Numbered from the whole stretch's first letter, positions 17,904-28,282 are shown. The stretch is DNA of 62,570 nucleotides, filler included, from 14 parts of 14 records of this genome joined end to end with filler, not necessarily neighbours in it; one strand, 5' to 3'. The notes: generated by a model not told the origin, from the letters alone. A program made the numbers and translations.

Positions 17904-19673
17904 TTACCAGCCTGGGTTTTGTAGCATTTGTCTATTTCTATCAATTTCTGATTGTTGAATTGGCCAGAAGTAATGTTTTTTCTGGAAAACACGGGTTTCA
18001 AATACTACTCTTTGATAGAAATCAGCATCATTAAAATTTGTTCCTTTATTAACATTCATTCCATACATGGGTCCGCCTTGAGTATCATCAGCAATTCTCC
18101 ATCTACGAACATCAAATACTCGATGTCCTTCAAAGGCTAACTCTATTCTTCTTTCATGTTGAATTCTTTTTCGCATTTCAGCTTGAGATAAACCAGTAGG
18201 TAATTCAGGAAGTCCAGCTCTTTCACGAATTAAATTTACATACTTTGCGATATCGGCATTTCCAGCATTGTACTCATTCAAGGCTTCTGCATAGTTTAAG
18301 TACATTTCGCCCAATCTGAAAAATATCCATGCTTGTTGTGTATAACGACCATTGGGAACATCGCTATCGGCACTGACAAATTTGGTTAAAAGATAACCCG
18401 TTTCAGTATGGTCGTGCGAGCCATTTCTTCCAGAAAGTCCCGTTGCATACAATTGAATTGGCGTATAAGTTTTATTTCCACTGAAAGGCCATTCATCATG
18501 ATTATACAATACAGATACATAAAAACGTGGTTCACGGTTAAGGTACATATTCCAATCGCCTACTTTAGTGTATTTTGTATTAGCCATAGAAAAACCAGAC
18601 TCAACATAACCAGAACCAGCTTCGTCGATAAGCTTTCCATTGTCCATGTGATAGGCATCAACCATTTGTTGGGTAATTCCTAAACCATTCCAACCTTTCA
18701 TTTGGCGAGGTGCTGCATGTTGTGTAAACTCATTGGTACGAGTACTTGGTCTAGCCCAAATTACTTCGCTATTCCAACGGTCAACAAATAAATCACGATA
18801 GGAAGTCAGAGAATTTAATTGCCCATTCGCATCCATTTTTTTATACAAACCAGTTGGCATCATATCAATTACAGCTTTGGCGGCTTCTGCTGCTAGTTTC
18901 CATTTGTTGGCATCGTAGGTATTGGTAATTAACTTTTTACCATCTTTGGCATTCTTAAAATCTTCAAAATCTTGGTTATTACCATTAAATAATGGACTCG
19001 CTGAATACAACAATACTCTTGCTTTTATCGCCATTACTACTCGTTGGTCCATTCGTCCATACTCTCTAACATTGGTTTGTACAGTAGGAAGTTCTTTGGC
19101 AGCTAAATCCAATTCAGTAGTAATATACTTCACACATTCTTCATAAGAATTTCTTGGTAGTTGCGTATCAGTATTGGAAGCATCAACAGGAATAATTTGA
19201 GGTAAAATGACTACTGGACCATACTGGCGAATCAATAAGAAATAATAGTATGCTCTTAAAGCACGAGCCTCCGCTTTGGTTCTTATATTAATTCCGGGTG
19301 TTACCGTTTCGCATTCAAGGCATTTATCTACTTGATTGATATATACTGATGCCGACCGAATAGCTTTATAATAATTGGTATATGGATTATAGGGAATAGA
19401 GGTTGGCGACCAGTTTCCTGTATTGATATTATTTGCTCCAATGCCTGTCCAAACAAAATCCGCTTCATCAGAAATGGGCGATAGGTTATCATAAGGACCT
19501 GCTTCGTCAGGCAAAAAGCTATAAATACTTGCCAAGTATTTCTCTGTTTCTAGTCTTTTTGTAAAAACATCATTAATCGTCAACATATCATCTGGTTGTT
19601 TGTCCAGATAGTCACTGCAAGAGAAACAAAAAACACTCAATACAGCAAAAGATAATATAGATAGTCTTTTCAT
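17904..19673 (-). CDS. susD: RagB/SusD family nutrient-binding outer-membrane lipoprotein
   Basis: Lipobox FS-CSDYLDK, AEARALRAYYYFLL, RLGEMYLNYAEALNE, HERRIELAFEGHRVFDVRRW, C-terminal QNPGW. Confidence 0.96.
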   Translation of the reverse strand: MKRLSILSFAVLSVFCFSCSDYLDKQPDDMLTINDVFTKRLETEKYLASIYSFLPDEAGPYDNLSPISDEADFVWTGIGANNINTGNWSPTSIPYNPYTNYYKAIRSASVYINQVDKCLECETVTPGINIRTKAEARALRAYYYFLLIRQYGPVVILPQIIPVDASNTDTQLPRNSYEECVKYITTELDLAAKELPTVQTNVREYGRMDQRVVMAIKARVLLYSASPLFNGNNQDFEDFKNAKDGKKLITNTYDANKWKLAAEAAKAVIDMMPTGLYKKMDANGQLNSLTSYRDLFVDRWNSEVIWARPSTRTNEFTQHAAPRQMKGWNGLGITQQMVDAYHMDNGKLIDEAGSGYVESGFSMANTKYTKVGDWNMYLNREPRFYVSVLYNHDEWPFSGNKTYTPIQLYATGLSGRNGSHDHTETGYLLTKFVSADSDVPNGRYTQQAWIFFRLGEMYLNYAEALNEYNAGNADIAKYVNLIRERAGLPELPTGLSQAEMRKRIQHERRIELAFEGHRVFDVRRWRIADDTQGGPMYGMNVNKGTNFNDADFYQRVVFETRVFQKKHYFWPIQQSEIDRNRQMLQNPGW

Positions 19674-19758
19674 AATCTTATTCTTATTAGAAGGAATTAT
19701 CTGTTTTCTTAAAATTTCAACAGATAGTATTTCTTTTATTTTTACTATTTAACTAGTT

Positions 19759-22700
19759 CTACAAATTTATATTTACTCCTACATTAAAGTTCTTTTGAAT
19801 AGGATATACAGAACCTCTTCCATCACCCAATTCTGGATCCCAGAATGTAAAGCCACTCCATGTATGTAAGTTAAATCCTGAAGCATACACTCTAAAAGTG
19901 TTCACATTTAACTTTTTAGTGAATTTTTTAGGAAGCGTATAACCGATTTCTGCCGATTTCAGACGTAGATAACTAGCATCTCGTTGCCACCATGTTGAAG
20001 AGCGATAATTGTTATTATTAGGACCAAAGGAAAGTCTTGGAAAAATTACATCTTGACTTGGGTTTTCGGGCGTCCAACGGTTTGTAGCATTGACGTTTAC
20101 ATTTCCACGAATTCCACCCTCAACAAAAGGGAACCATCCCGTTCCACCAAGCATAAAGTCCATCGTTTGTGCGCCTTGGAAGAATGCAGAAACATCAAAA
20201 CCTTTATAGCCAACCGTAAAACCAAACCCATACATTGTACCCGGAGTAGAAGGGTTACCAATAGCCACTTCATCAAATGAATCTACGACACCATCTCCGT
20301 TGAAATCCTTGTATTTAATATCTCCAACACGCACAGCACCAAATGTTTGAGTTGGTGAGTTTTTAATCTCTTCTTGACTTGTAAACAATCCTTCAGCAAT
20401 TAATCCAAAAGGTTGTTGATAACGTTTACCTCTTCTATTTTGATAAGTGTATTTCCAATCTGGAGCATCATCATTCAATAATTTGTTCTTAGTGTATGTT
20501 ACATTTCCTCTTAAAGCAAGGCTTACATTTCCTACTTTTTTATTATACTCTAAACTTCCATCAACCCCTTTGTTTTCAAATTCTCCGATATTTCCCCAAG
20601 GATTATTCTGAAGCCCCATAATGGCTGGAAGTGAATTTCTTTGCATAAAAATTCCTGTACGATGTCTTTTGAAAACATCAGCTTGTAAATAGAATCCTCT
20701 TAAAAAGCGTACTTCTAATCCAATGTTTGTTTCTACTTCTTTTTCCCAAGTAAGGTCAGCACCCCATTGGTCTTCACCTCTTCCTCCGAAGCTGTTATTA
20801 GCATCAATCCCGAAATTATATCCTCCATTTCCTCCTCCTACTGTCGTCAAATAAGCAAACCTACGTCCACCGATTTGGTCATTTCCTTTATTGCCATAAG
20901 AACCTCTTACTTTCAAGTATTGTAACCATAAATTATTACGGAAGAAAGGTTCTTGCGAGATAATCCAACCGACTGCATAAGCAGGAAAGTAGCCAAAGCG
21001 TTTTCCTTTCTCAAAGTTTTCAGAACCATTATAACCAGCATTGTATTCAAAGAAATATTTTGACTTATAACTATATGAGATGCGTCCCACCAAACCTTGT
21101 AGCCTTGAAGGTAAAGCACTGATGGCATCGTTAGCATCTGCACTTTGATAATCCTGTTGATTATACAAAACAAGTCCACTAATTGAATGATTGCCAATCG
21201 TTTTATCATAGTTAAGATTTGCTTGCATATAAATTCTTCTATTACCTCCTGATGATTTAGCAAAGCCCAAATCTGCATTCCCCGTTACGAATTTATTGAG
21301 AATCAATGTACTATCAGCGGCTCTTCCAGTAGCGATATAAGTATCAACATTGGCTCTGGTTCTTTGAATATTATGGAAATTATAGCCATCAAACGCAAAC
21401 TTTGCTGAAACTTTCAAGCCTTTAACCAAGTTTGATAAATCATGATTAATTGTAATATCAGACTGAATATTATTTCTCCATTCTGTGGCAAAACCTTTTC
21501 CTGTCAAAGAAGTATAAGGATTGGCGATTCCGTTTACGCCCCCATAAACAAAACCTAACTTACTTCCTGCAAGTGGATAAGTCGGTGAATAACCAACAGG
21601 CGTATTGTACATAATGTCGTTCCAAATTCCTGCTGAACTTCCGCCACCCGGATAATTAGAAGTAATCAAAATGCCCCCAAGACCTAATTTTAATTCTGTA
21701 TTTTTGCTTAATTTAACATCAGTATTCGCTCTGAAATTATATCTTTTCAAACCTGCATTGGTATTGTAAGTATTCAAGTTATCGCCATTCCAGATACCAG
21801 ACTCATCGTAATAAGTAGCAGAAATAAAGTATTTCGCAGAAGCCGAACCTCCATTAATGTTTAAATTTGCTCTCCTTGTTTTTGAATTAGGTTTGAGCAT
21901 TAAACCCAACCAATCAACATTTGGATATAAATATGGATCAACACCTGACCTATATTTTTCAATGACAGCTGGCGTATAAGGTGTTACATAATTAGGGTTT
22001 GAAGCCAATTGGGCTTCGTTGTATAATTCAAGATAAGTTGGTGCATCCACAAATTTTGGTTTACTTGTTGCAGAGTTTACACCTGTTTCATATTTGAAAT
22101 TAATAGTAGGTTTATCGTTTGAGCCACGCCTCGTAGTAACTAATATTACACCGTTTGCACCTCTAATTCCATATACTGCCGTTGCAGAAGCATCTTTTAA
22201 TACTGAAAAAGTTTCGATTTCTTCTGGCTCGATATTATTAATGGGTCTTTCAACACCGTCAACAAGTACAAGCGGAGAAGCCCCTGCTCCAAATGTACTG
22301 ATTCCTCGAATCCAAAACTGAGCATCATCATAACCTGGTTCACCACTTCTTTGAACAGCAATTACACCTGCTACTTTACCTGCTAAAACATTATTCAACG
22401 AACGTGGCGCCGCAGATTTCAAATCATTTACTTTTACTGTAGTGATGGCACCCACTACACTTTCTTTCTTTTGTTCGCCATAACCTACTACAATAACCTC
22501 ATCCAAGGCTTTCATGTCAAGATTCATCGCTACATCAATTTGCGCTCTATTATTGATGGTAATTTCTTGTGTCAGATAACCCACAAATGAAAAAATCAAA
22601 GTATTATTTCCATTAGGAACTTGGATTGAATACTTGCCATTAGGTTGTGAGGTTACTCCTCTTGTCGTTCCCTTAATAGCAATATTTACGCCTGGCATTG

Positions 22701-23163
22701 GCTGGTTTTTCTCATCAACAATTGTTCCTGTTACTGTTTTTTCAAGCTGTGAAGTAATAGATAAAAAATTAAGCGTATGAGATGACATTAAACTTGATTT
22801 GGGTATATGCCTAAGTAAAATCGTTGAACCCGAAACTTCATAAGAAATTTCTAGTGGTGTCAATAATTTTGATAAAACTTCTTTCAATGATTCATTTTGG
22901 ACATTAATTGAAACTGTTCTATCGACACCAATCACCTGTGGACTGTAAATAAAACTTACAGAAGTAGCCTTCTTGATATGACGAAGGGCTGATTCTAGTA
23001 CTTTATTTTCTAATTTCAAGGTAATCTTTTGATTAAGAAATTCTTGTCCACGGTTTTCATGTGCAATCGCTAGCGTGCTGCACATAACTATCAATAAAAC
23101 CTGATAAAAGGAAAAGCGCATGATTTTTAGAAAAATCTTGATTGATTCTGTGAAAATTTTCAT
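19759..23163 (-). CDS. susC: SusC/RagA TonB-dependent transporter with N-terminal STN signalling domain (transducer)
   Basis: STN region (ITLKLENKVLESALRHIKKATSVSFIY), CarboxypepD-like domain, LDEVIVVGYG, VLKDASATAVYGIRGANGVILVTTRRG, YNGSENF. Confidence 0.97.
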   Translation of the reverse strand: MKIFTESIKIFLKIMRFSFYQVLLIVMCSTLAIAHENRGQEFLNQKITLKLENKVLESALRHIKKATSVSFIYSPQVIGVDRTVSINVQNESLKEVLSKLLTPLEISYEVSGSTILLRHIPKSSLMSSHTLNFLSITSQLEKTVTGTIVDEKNQPMPGVNIAIKGTTRGVTSQPNGKYSIQVPNGNNTLIFSFVGYLTQEITINNRAQIDVAMNLDMKALDEVIVVGYGEQKKESVVGAITTVKVNDLKSAAPRSLNNVLAGKVAGVIAVQRSGEPGYDDAQFWIRGISTFGAGASPLVLVDGVERPINNIEPEEIETFSVLKDASATAVYGIRGANGVILVTTRRGSNDKPTINFKYETGVNSATSKPKFVDAPTYLELYNEAQLASNPNYVTPYTPAVIEKYRSGVDPYLYPNVDWLGLMLKPNSKTRRANLNINGGSASAKYFISATYYDESGIWNGDNLNTYNTNAGLKRYNFRANTDVKLSKNTELKLGLGGILITSNYPGGGSSAGIWNDIMYNTPVGYSPTYPLAGSKLGFVYGGVNGIANPYTSLTGKGFATEWRNNIQSDITINHDLSNLVKGLKVSAKFAFDGYNFHNIQRTRANVDTYIATGRAADSTLILNKFVTGNADLGFAKSSGGNRRIYMQANLNYDKTIGNHSISGLVLYNQQDYQSADANDAISALPSRLQGLVGRISYSYKSKYFFEYNAGYNGSENFEKGKRFGYFPAYAVGWIISQEPFFRNNLWLQYLKVRGSYGNKGNDQIGGRRFAYLTTVGGGNGGYNFGIDANNSFGGRGEDQWGADLTWEKEVETNIGLEVRFLRGFYLQADVFKRHRTGIFMQRNSLPAIMGLQNNPWGNIGEFENKGVDGSLEYNKKVGNVSLALRGNVTYTKNKLLNDDAPDWKYTYQNRRGKRYQQPFGLIAEGLFTSQEEIKNSPTQTFGAVRVGDIKYKDFNGDGVVDSFDEVAIGNPSTPGTMYGFGFTVGYKGFDVSAFFQGAQTMDFMLGGTGWFPFVEGGIRGNVNVNATNRWTPENPSQDVIFPRLSFGPNNNNYRSSTWWQRDASYLRLKSAEIGYTLPKKFTKKLNVNTFRVYASGFNLHTWSGFTFWDPELGDGRGSVYPIQKNFNVGVNINL

Positions 23164-23209
23164 AAATTGAATGGTCTTTTGTTAAAATTTTAGCAAAAAA
23201 TCCCCTCTG

Positions 23210-23295
23210 CCCAACTTTCATAAAGTTGGGAGTTGTTGTCAGCAATAAATTGGGGAAATACAAGCCGGAGATGTTGGAGCATCTTCGGCTTTTTT
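23210..23295 (+). ncRNA. Candidate antisense sRNA 3' structure (two hairpins + U-tail) in the fecR-susC spacer
   Basis: Hairpin CCCAACTTT-CAT-AAAGTTGGG (23210-23230). Terminator AAGCCGGAGATG/CATCTTCGGCTT (23262-23291) with a T-run at 23290-23295 on the + strand, antisense to the operon. Confidence 0.5.
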
Positions 23296-23368
23296 GTTTG
23301 GTTAGATAATAGTAGATTTTTTTATTTCATAGTTATTTAAGTTTTGATTGTTTTAATTGAGTTGTTTA

Positions 23369-24490
23369 TTAATTACACCTTTTTCCATAAATCACAACCT
23401 GACCGTCGATTAGTTCATAACGGGCTTCAATGGCTTTACAAATTAGGTCTAACTTTTCAAAGAGTGTTCCTTTTTCTAGCTCCGCTGTAAGCTGGCATTT
23501 TAGTAATAATTCATTGTCGTAAGTCATCGAAATACCATAAATTTCTTCGAGTGAATCAAATACTTGACTAATAGGTGTACGGTCGAAAATTAAGGATTTA
23601 TGAACTGATGAAATCGGTTTTATTGGTTCAGGAATGGCTACTAGAGAACGTTTCAAGCGGTTTTCATCACGATTAAATACCACTTGCTGATTAGGCGTAA
23701 GTATCAATTGTGCTTCTTCTGTCAGTAATTGTTCGGCTGGTTCTTGTTCTTTATTCAATGAAAATACCGATACTCGTCCCGTTTTTACAATTACCTTTAC
23801 TTCTTTATCTTTTTCGTAAGAACTAATTGTAAAACTTGTTCCTAAAACTTTGGTAGCGAGTTCATTTGCATAAACAACAAAAGGTTTTGTTGGATCTTTC
23901 ACAACATCAAAAAAAGCCTCTCCACTCAAATAAACATCACGATGTTTCTCTGAAAAAACTTTAAGGAAACTCACACGGCTACCCATTTTTAAAATTATTT
24001 TACTTCCATCTGGAAGTGTCACAACTTTAGGTGTTTTATCATCATTGAGTACTTCTTGAAATAAGTCTTTCTTACTTTCAATCCGTTGTTGATAAGCTGA
24101 ATAGTTTCCAAAAGGTAAAGCGCTATTTTTTGATAGATAGAACACAAGTCCTGCAATACTAATAACAAGTATTGCCGCCACTCTCCATAACCAAGCCAAT
24201 GATAATTTCGGTGTTGTTTTAACAGAAACCTGACTCGCATCCATTTCTTTTCTGCTTTTTGTCAAGCGCTTTAATTCTTCACGCAATTCATTTTCAGATA
24301 AATTATTTTGTGCGTCACGTACTTTTTTAATTAAGTCACAAGCATCCGAAACAACCTCAGCATGTTGAGGATGCTCATGAATCCATTTTTCCCAAAAAAC
24401 TGCATCTTCAGAAGCATTTCTGAGTACCCAACGGCAAAAAGAATCATCTAAAATGAAGTCTTTTATAGTGTAATTAGTATAATCTTGCAT
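23369..24490 (-). CDS. fecR: FecR family anti-sigma factor
   Basis: DFILDDSFCRWV N-terminus, one TM helix, VTLPDGSKIIL, RDVYLSGEAFFDV, TKVLGTSF, C-terminal DUF4974-like region. Confidence 0.95.
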   Translation of the reverse strand: MQDYTNYTIKDFILDDSFCRWVLRNASEDAVFWEKWIHEHPQHAEVVSDACDLIKKVRDAQNNLSENELREELKRLTKSRKEMDASQVSVKTTPKLSLAWLWRVAAILVISIAGLVFYLSKNSALPFGNYSAYQQRIESKKDLFQEVLNDDKTPKVVTLPDGSKIILKMGSRVSFLKVFSEKHRDVYLSGEAFFDVVKDPTKPFVVYANELATKVLGTSFTISSYEKDKEVKVIVKTGRVSVFSLNKEQEPAEQLLTEEAQLILTPNQQVVFNRDENRLKRSLVAIPEPIKPISSVHKSLIFDRTPISQVFDSLEEIYGISMTYDNELLLKCQLTAELEKGTLFEKLDLICKAIEARYELIDGQVVIYGKRCN

Positions 24491-24582
24491 AGATAAAATT
24501 GTATTTTACAATCCTTATATACTGAAACAGTACGTTATGATTTATCAATACTCCTTTTCTATGAATTATTTTCAAAAAAAAA

Positions 24583-25212
24583 TTATTGGAACTGGCAGAG
24601 TAATTTAAAAAGAGGCATTGGAAGCAATTTGATGATTGAAGGTAAATGTTTCTTTAATTGTGTTAAAGAACGATAAAGGAAATTAGCAACGGTTTGCTTT
24701 TCAATATCCATAATTGAAGCAATTTCTTCATTTGATAAGCCTTCATAATATTTCAAGAAAATTACTTCTTGCTGACGTTTAGGCAATTGTGCAATCGCCT
24801 GACGGATTGTTTGCTCACTTTCATGTAAAAACTCTTCAGCAATCCATTCACTTTCAACGGTTAATCCATCCGTAAAAGCATAAGCATCATCCTGTATATC
24901 AACGGAATCGCCTAAACGTTTTTGGATTTTTAACTTTCTGAATAAATTATTACGAAGCGACTTTATCAAATAAACAGTAACATAGGGATTTTCTACTAGA
25001 TTTTCTCTTCTAGACCATAATTCAAGAAAGAGGTCTTGGATGCAATCTTTTACTAATTCAGTATCTTTTGTAAAACGAGTAGCATAGTTGTATAATTCTC
25101 GGTAACGCAAAGCCGCAATTCTGTCAAAGGCTTCTCCGTCTCCACTTCTAAAACGGATCCACAACTGAGCTAATTCAGCTTCATTATTTGGAATTCTATC
25201 TACTTTAATCAT
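24583..25212 (-). CDS. ECF-type RNA polymerase sigma-70 factor
   Basis: Region 2 DCIQDLFLELW; region 4 LPKRQQEVIFLKYYEGLSNEEIASIM. Lies directly upstream of fecR. Confidence 0.95.
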   Translation of the reverse strand: MIKVDRIPNNEAELAQLWIRFRSGDGEAFDRIAALRYRELYNYATRFTKDTELVKDCIQDLFLELWSRRENLVENPYVTVYLIKSLRNNLFRKLKIQKRLGDSVDIQDDAYAFTDGLTVESEWIAEEFLHESEQTIRQAIAQLPKRQQEVIFLKYYEGLSNEEIASIMDIEKQTVANFLYRSLTQLKKHLPSIIKLLPMPLFKLLCQFQ

Positions 25213-25524
25213 AAATACCTTATAAATACTTCAATAATAAGCTAAAATTATCCAATTTTTCTTAGAAACATAAACAGATAAAAAAAATTAAAAGTATTTG
25301 ACGAAATTTGAAAGATAGGAAATAACCCAATAGTCTTTATTTTTGATTAGATAAAAATGATTTTATTTTATGTTGAATAAAATTTCAAGATTGTTTCAAA
25401 ATGGAACAATAACACTTTATCTCTTTCGAAAAGCCCAATGTTGTGTCAGTTTTTTTAAGAAAGTTATTTTCCATTATCATTTAATATTGCTAATCATTCA
25501 AACACTATCACCAAACAAACTGCC

Positions 25525-26076
25525 ATGTCATATTGTACCGCAATAACATATATGTCGGATGAAAGAAGAGCTTTGCATAAAGCCTATCACGACAAACTGT
25601 ATGGTTTTCCTATAGACGACGATAACGAATTGTTTTGTAGGCTCGTTCTTGAGATCAATCAGGCAGGTTTAAGCTGGGAAACAGTTTTGACGAAAGAAGT
25701 ATCTTTCAGAAAAGCTTATGATAATTTTAATATAGAAATTGTCGCCGCTTATACCGAAGCGGATAGAGAAAGACTTTTGGCAGATGCAGGAATTATCCGC
25801 AATCGTTTAAAAGTAAATGCAGCCATAGAAAATGCCAAAACTATTTTAGTCCTTCAAAAAGAATATGGTTCATTTAAACAATGGTTGAATTTTCATCATC
25901 CTAAAACCAAAGAAGAGTGGATAAAATTATTTAAAAAGACTTTCAAGTTCACAGGCGGAGAAATTGTGAATGAGTTCTTGATGAGTACTGGCTATTTATT
26001 AGGCGCTCATGACGAAAACTGTATTATTCATCAAGAAATATTGAAAACTCAGCCGATGTGGTTACAAAGGGTTTGA
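25525..26076 (+). CDS. tag: DNA-3-methyladenine glycosylase I
   Basis: YHDKLYGFP, LEINQAGLSWETVL, GIIRNRLKVNAAIENAK, FKFTGGEI, GAHDENC with N-terminal Cys zinc ligand. Confidence 0.95.
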   Translation: MSYCTAITYMSDERRALHKAYHDKLYGFPIDDDNELFCRLVLEINQAGLSWETVLTKEVSFRKAYDNFNIEIVAAYTEADRERLLADAGIIRNRLKVNAAIENAKTILVLQKEYGSFKQWLNFHHPKTKEEWIKLFKKTFKFTGGEIVNEFLMSTGYLLGAHDENCIIHQEILKTQPMWLQRV

Positions 26077-26085
26077 GTTTTTTGA

Positions 26086-26126
26086 AAATTTGACAATTCA
26101 TAAAACCATTATGAATTGTCAAATTT
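26086..26126. terminator. 18-bp perfect hairpin between the convergent tag and SDR genes (bidirectional terminator or REP-like)
   Basis: AAATTTGACAATTCATAA (26086-26103), 5-nt loop, TTATGAATTGTCAAATTT (26109-26126). Confidence 0.7.
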
Positions 26127-26127
26127 G

Positions 26128-26898
26128 TTACTGCTCAGTATAATGAAAAGTCAAACCTCCATCTACATAATAAGTAGAACCCGTTACATATTTTGCATCA
26201 TCCGAAGCTAAAAAAGCTACAACACCCGCTACATCTTCAGGCTCTCCCAAACGACGAAGCGAAATATTATTTTGAAGTGTTCCCAACAATTCGGGTTTAC
26301 TTAATAAATCAGCATTGATTGGCGTTTTGATTGCCCCTGGTGCCACATTATTAATTCTAATATTCATTGGACCTAACTCTACCGCTAAATTTCTCATCAC
26401 CATTTGCATTGCACCTTTACTTGCACAATACGCTGTAAAATTCGGAAAAGGTAGTTCTTCATGTACAGAACTATTATTCACAATTACTCCGACAACCTTA
26501 TTTTCCATCATGTAGCGTACAAAAGCTTGCGTGAGAAAAAACATGCCTTTTAAATTAATATTCATCACAGTATCATAATCTTTTTCCGTTACTTCCCAGA
26601 AAGGTGCATTAATTTCCACGCCAGCATTGTTCACCAAAATATCTAATTTCCCAAATACTTCTACACTTTCTTTGACCATTGCGTACACAACTTCAACTTT
26701 TGAAATATCACTTTTAATAAAATGAACCTTCGCTCCTGTTTCTTCTACTTGTCTGATAGTTTCGGCAACGTGTTCATCATTATTTCTACTGTTGATGACT
26801 ACGTTTGCTCCTTCCTGAGCAAAACGAACAGCAATTGCACGACCAATACCTTTACTACTTCCTGTTATTAAAGCCACTTTTCCTGAAAATCGTCCCAT
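26128..26898 (-). CDS. SDR family oxidoreductase, glucose 1-dehydrogenase-like
   Basis: TGSSKGIG, LVNNAG, SSVHEELPFPNFTAYCASKG (YxxxK), PGAIKTPIN. Confidence 0.88.
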   Translation of the reverse strand: MGRFSGKVALITGSSKGIGRAIAVRFAQEGANVVINSRNNDEHVAETIRQVEETGAKVHFIKSDISKVEVVYAMVKESVEVFGKLDILVNNAGVEINAPFWEVTEKDYDTVMNINLKGMFFLTQAFVRYMMENKVVGVIVNNSSVHEELPFPNFTAYCASKGAMQMVMRNLAVELGPMNIRINNVAPGAIKTPINADLLSKPELLGTLQNNISLRRLGEPEDVAGVVAFLASDDAKYVTGSTYYVDGGLTFHYTEQ

Positions 26899-27152
26899 GT
26901 GTTTTTGTAAGTTTAGTTAATTGATAAAATATTGAAATAAGTATAAGCAAAAAATCTGGATTTTATGACTCCATTTTGATATTACTTATCAAATATGCAA
27001 ACGTTCAAAATTGAACTATGATGGATAATTCTACATTATAATTTAAAAATGGATATTTCCGTGTAAGAAATAAGATAAAGTATTCATTCACAACACGCTA
27101 AATCGTTCCATTGATATTTTAGATTCATCACTCACAATTCATCACTCTTAAT

Positions 27153-28223
27153 ATGTCACAATTATTTAGTCCGCTAAAAATCAAAGACCTTGTTTTAAAG
27201 AATCGTATTGTTGTTTCTCCGATGTGTCAATATTCATCTATCGACGGTTTTGCTAACGATTGGCATTTTGTACATTTAGGAAGCAGAGCCGTTGGCGGAG
27301 CAGCATTAGTCATTACCGAAGCAGCTGCAGTTTCTCCAGAAGGTAGAATTTCACCTGATGATTTAGGTTTATGGAAAGATGAACACATTGAAGGTTTACA
27401 AAAAATTACAACTTTTATCAAAGCCAACGGAGCAGAAGCTGGAATTCAATTAGCACACGCAGGCAGAAAAGCCAGTGTTTCTTCACAGTGGAAGGGAGGC
27501 AAATTAGTAAGCGAAGCAGATGGTGGTTGGCAAGTAGTCGCTCCCAGCGAAATTCCATTTAATGATACTTATAGATTGCCTAAAGCTCTAAGCCATTCAG
27601 AAATTAAAACGATTATTAATCATTTTAAACTTGCTGCGGAAAGGGCGTTGAAAGCAGGATTTAGTGTTGTTGAAATTCATGCGGCACATGGTTATTTGGT
27701 TCACCAGTTTTTGTCACCATTAAGTAACCAACGTACTGATGAGTACGGTGGCTCTTTTGAAAACAGAATTCGTTTTTTACTAGAAATTATTGAAGAAGTA
27801 AAAACAGTTTGGTCAGAAACATTACCATTATTCGTCAGAATCTCGGCCACAGAATGGGCAGAAGGTGGATGGAATGAAGATGATTCTATCAAATTAGCTC
27901 ATATTCTAAAAAGTATTGGAGTTGATTTGATTGATAGTTCGACGGGTGGAAATATTCATACTGCCAAAATTCCAATTGCTCCGTCTTATCAAGTATCATT
28001 TGCTCAAAATATCAAAAAAGAAACAGGAATTTTAACGGGTGCCGTGGGATTATTGACTTCTTCAACACAAATAGAGTCGATTCTTGTAACTGGACAAGCC
28101 GATTTAATCTTTCTAGCAAGAGAATTACTTCGTGACCCATATTTCCCTTTAAGAGCTGCCGCTGAATTAGGACAAAAAGATGTACAATGGCCAGTACAAT
28201 ATGAACGTGGAAAATTCAGATAA
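27153..28223 (+). CDS. namA: NADPH dehydrogenase, Old Yellow Enzyme of the YqjM/NamA class
   Basis: VSPMCQYSS, IQLAHAGRKAS, EIHAAHGYL, NQRTDEYGGSFENR, WPVQYERG. Confidence 0.92.
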   Translation: MSQLFSPLKIKDLVLKNRIVVSPMCQYSSIDGFANDWHFVHLGSRAVGGAALVITEAAAVSPEGRISPDDLGLWKDEHIEGLQKITTFIKANGAEAGIQLAHAGRKASVSSQWKGGKLVSEADGGWQVVAPSEIPFNDTYRLPKALSHSEIKTIINHFKLAAERALKAGFSVVEIHAAHGYLVHQFLSPLSNQRTDEYGGSFENRIRFLLEIIEEVKTVWSETLPLFVRISATEWAEGGWNEDDSIKLAHILKSIGVDLIDSSTGGNIHTAKIPIAPSYQVSFAQNIKKETGILTGAVGLLTSSTQIESILVTGQADLIFLARELLRDPYFPLRAAAELGQKDVQWPVQYERGKFR

Positions 28224-28278
28224 GTAGAACGAGTTTCCAACTCGTCGTTTATTTAAACGAGTTGGAAACTCATACTAC
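28224..28278. repeat. GTAG-family REP doublet (REPIN-like)
   Basis: GTAG-AACGAGTT-TCC-AACTCGT at 28224-28245, with an inverted copy ending in CTAC at 28275-28278 (reverse complement GTAGTATGAGTTTCCAACTCGTTT). Fills the spacer between convergent genes. Confidence 0.7.
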
Positions 28279-28282
28279 TTAC

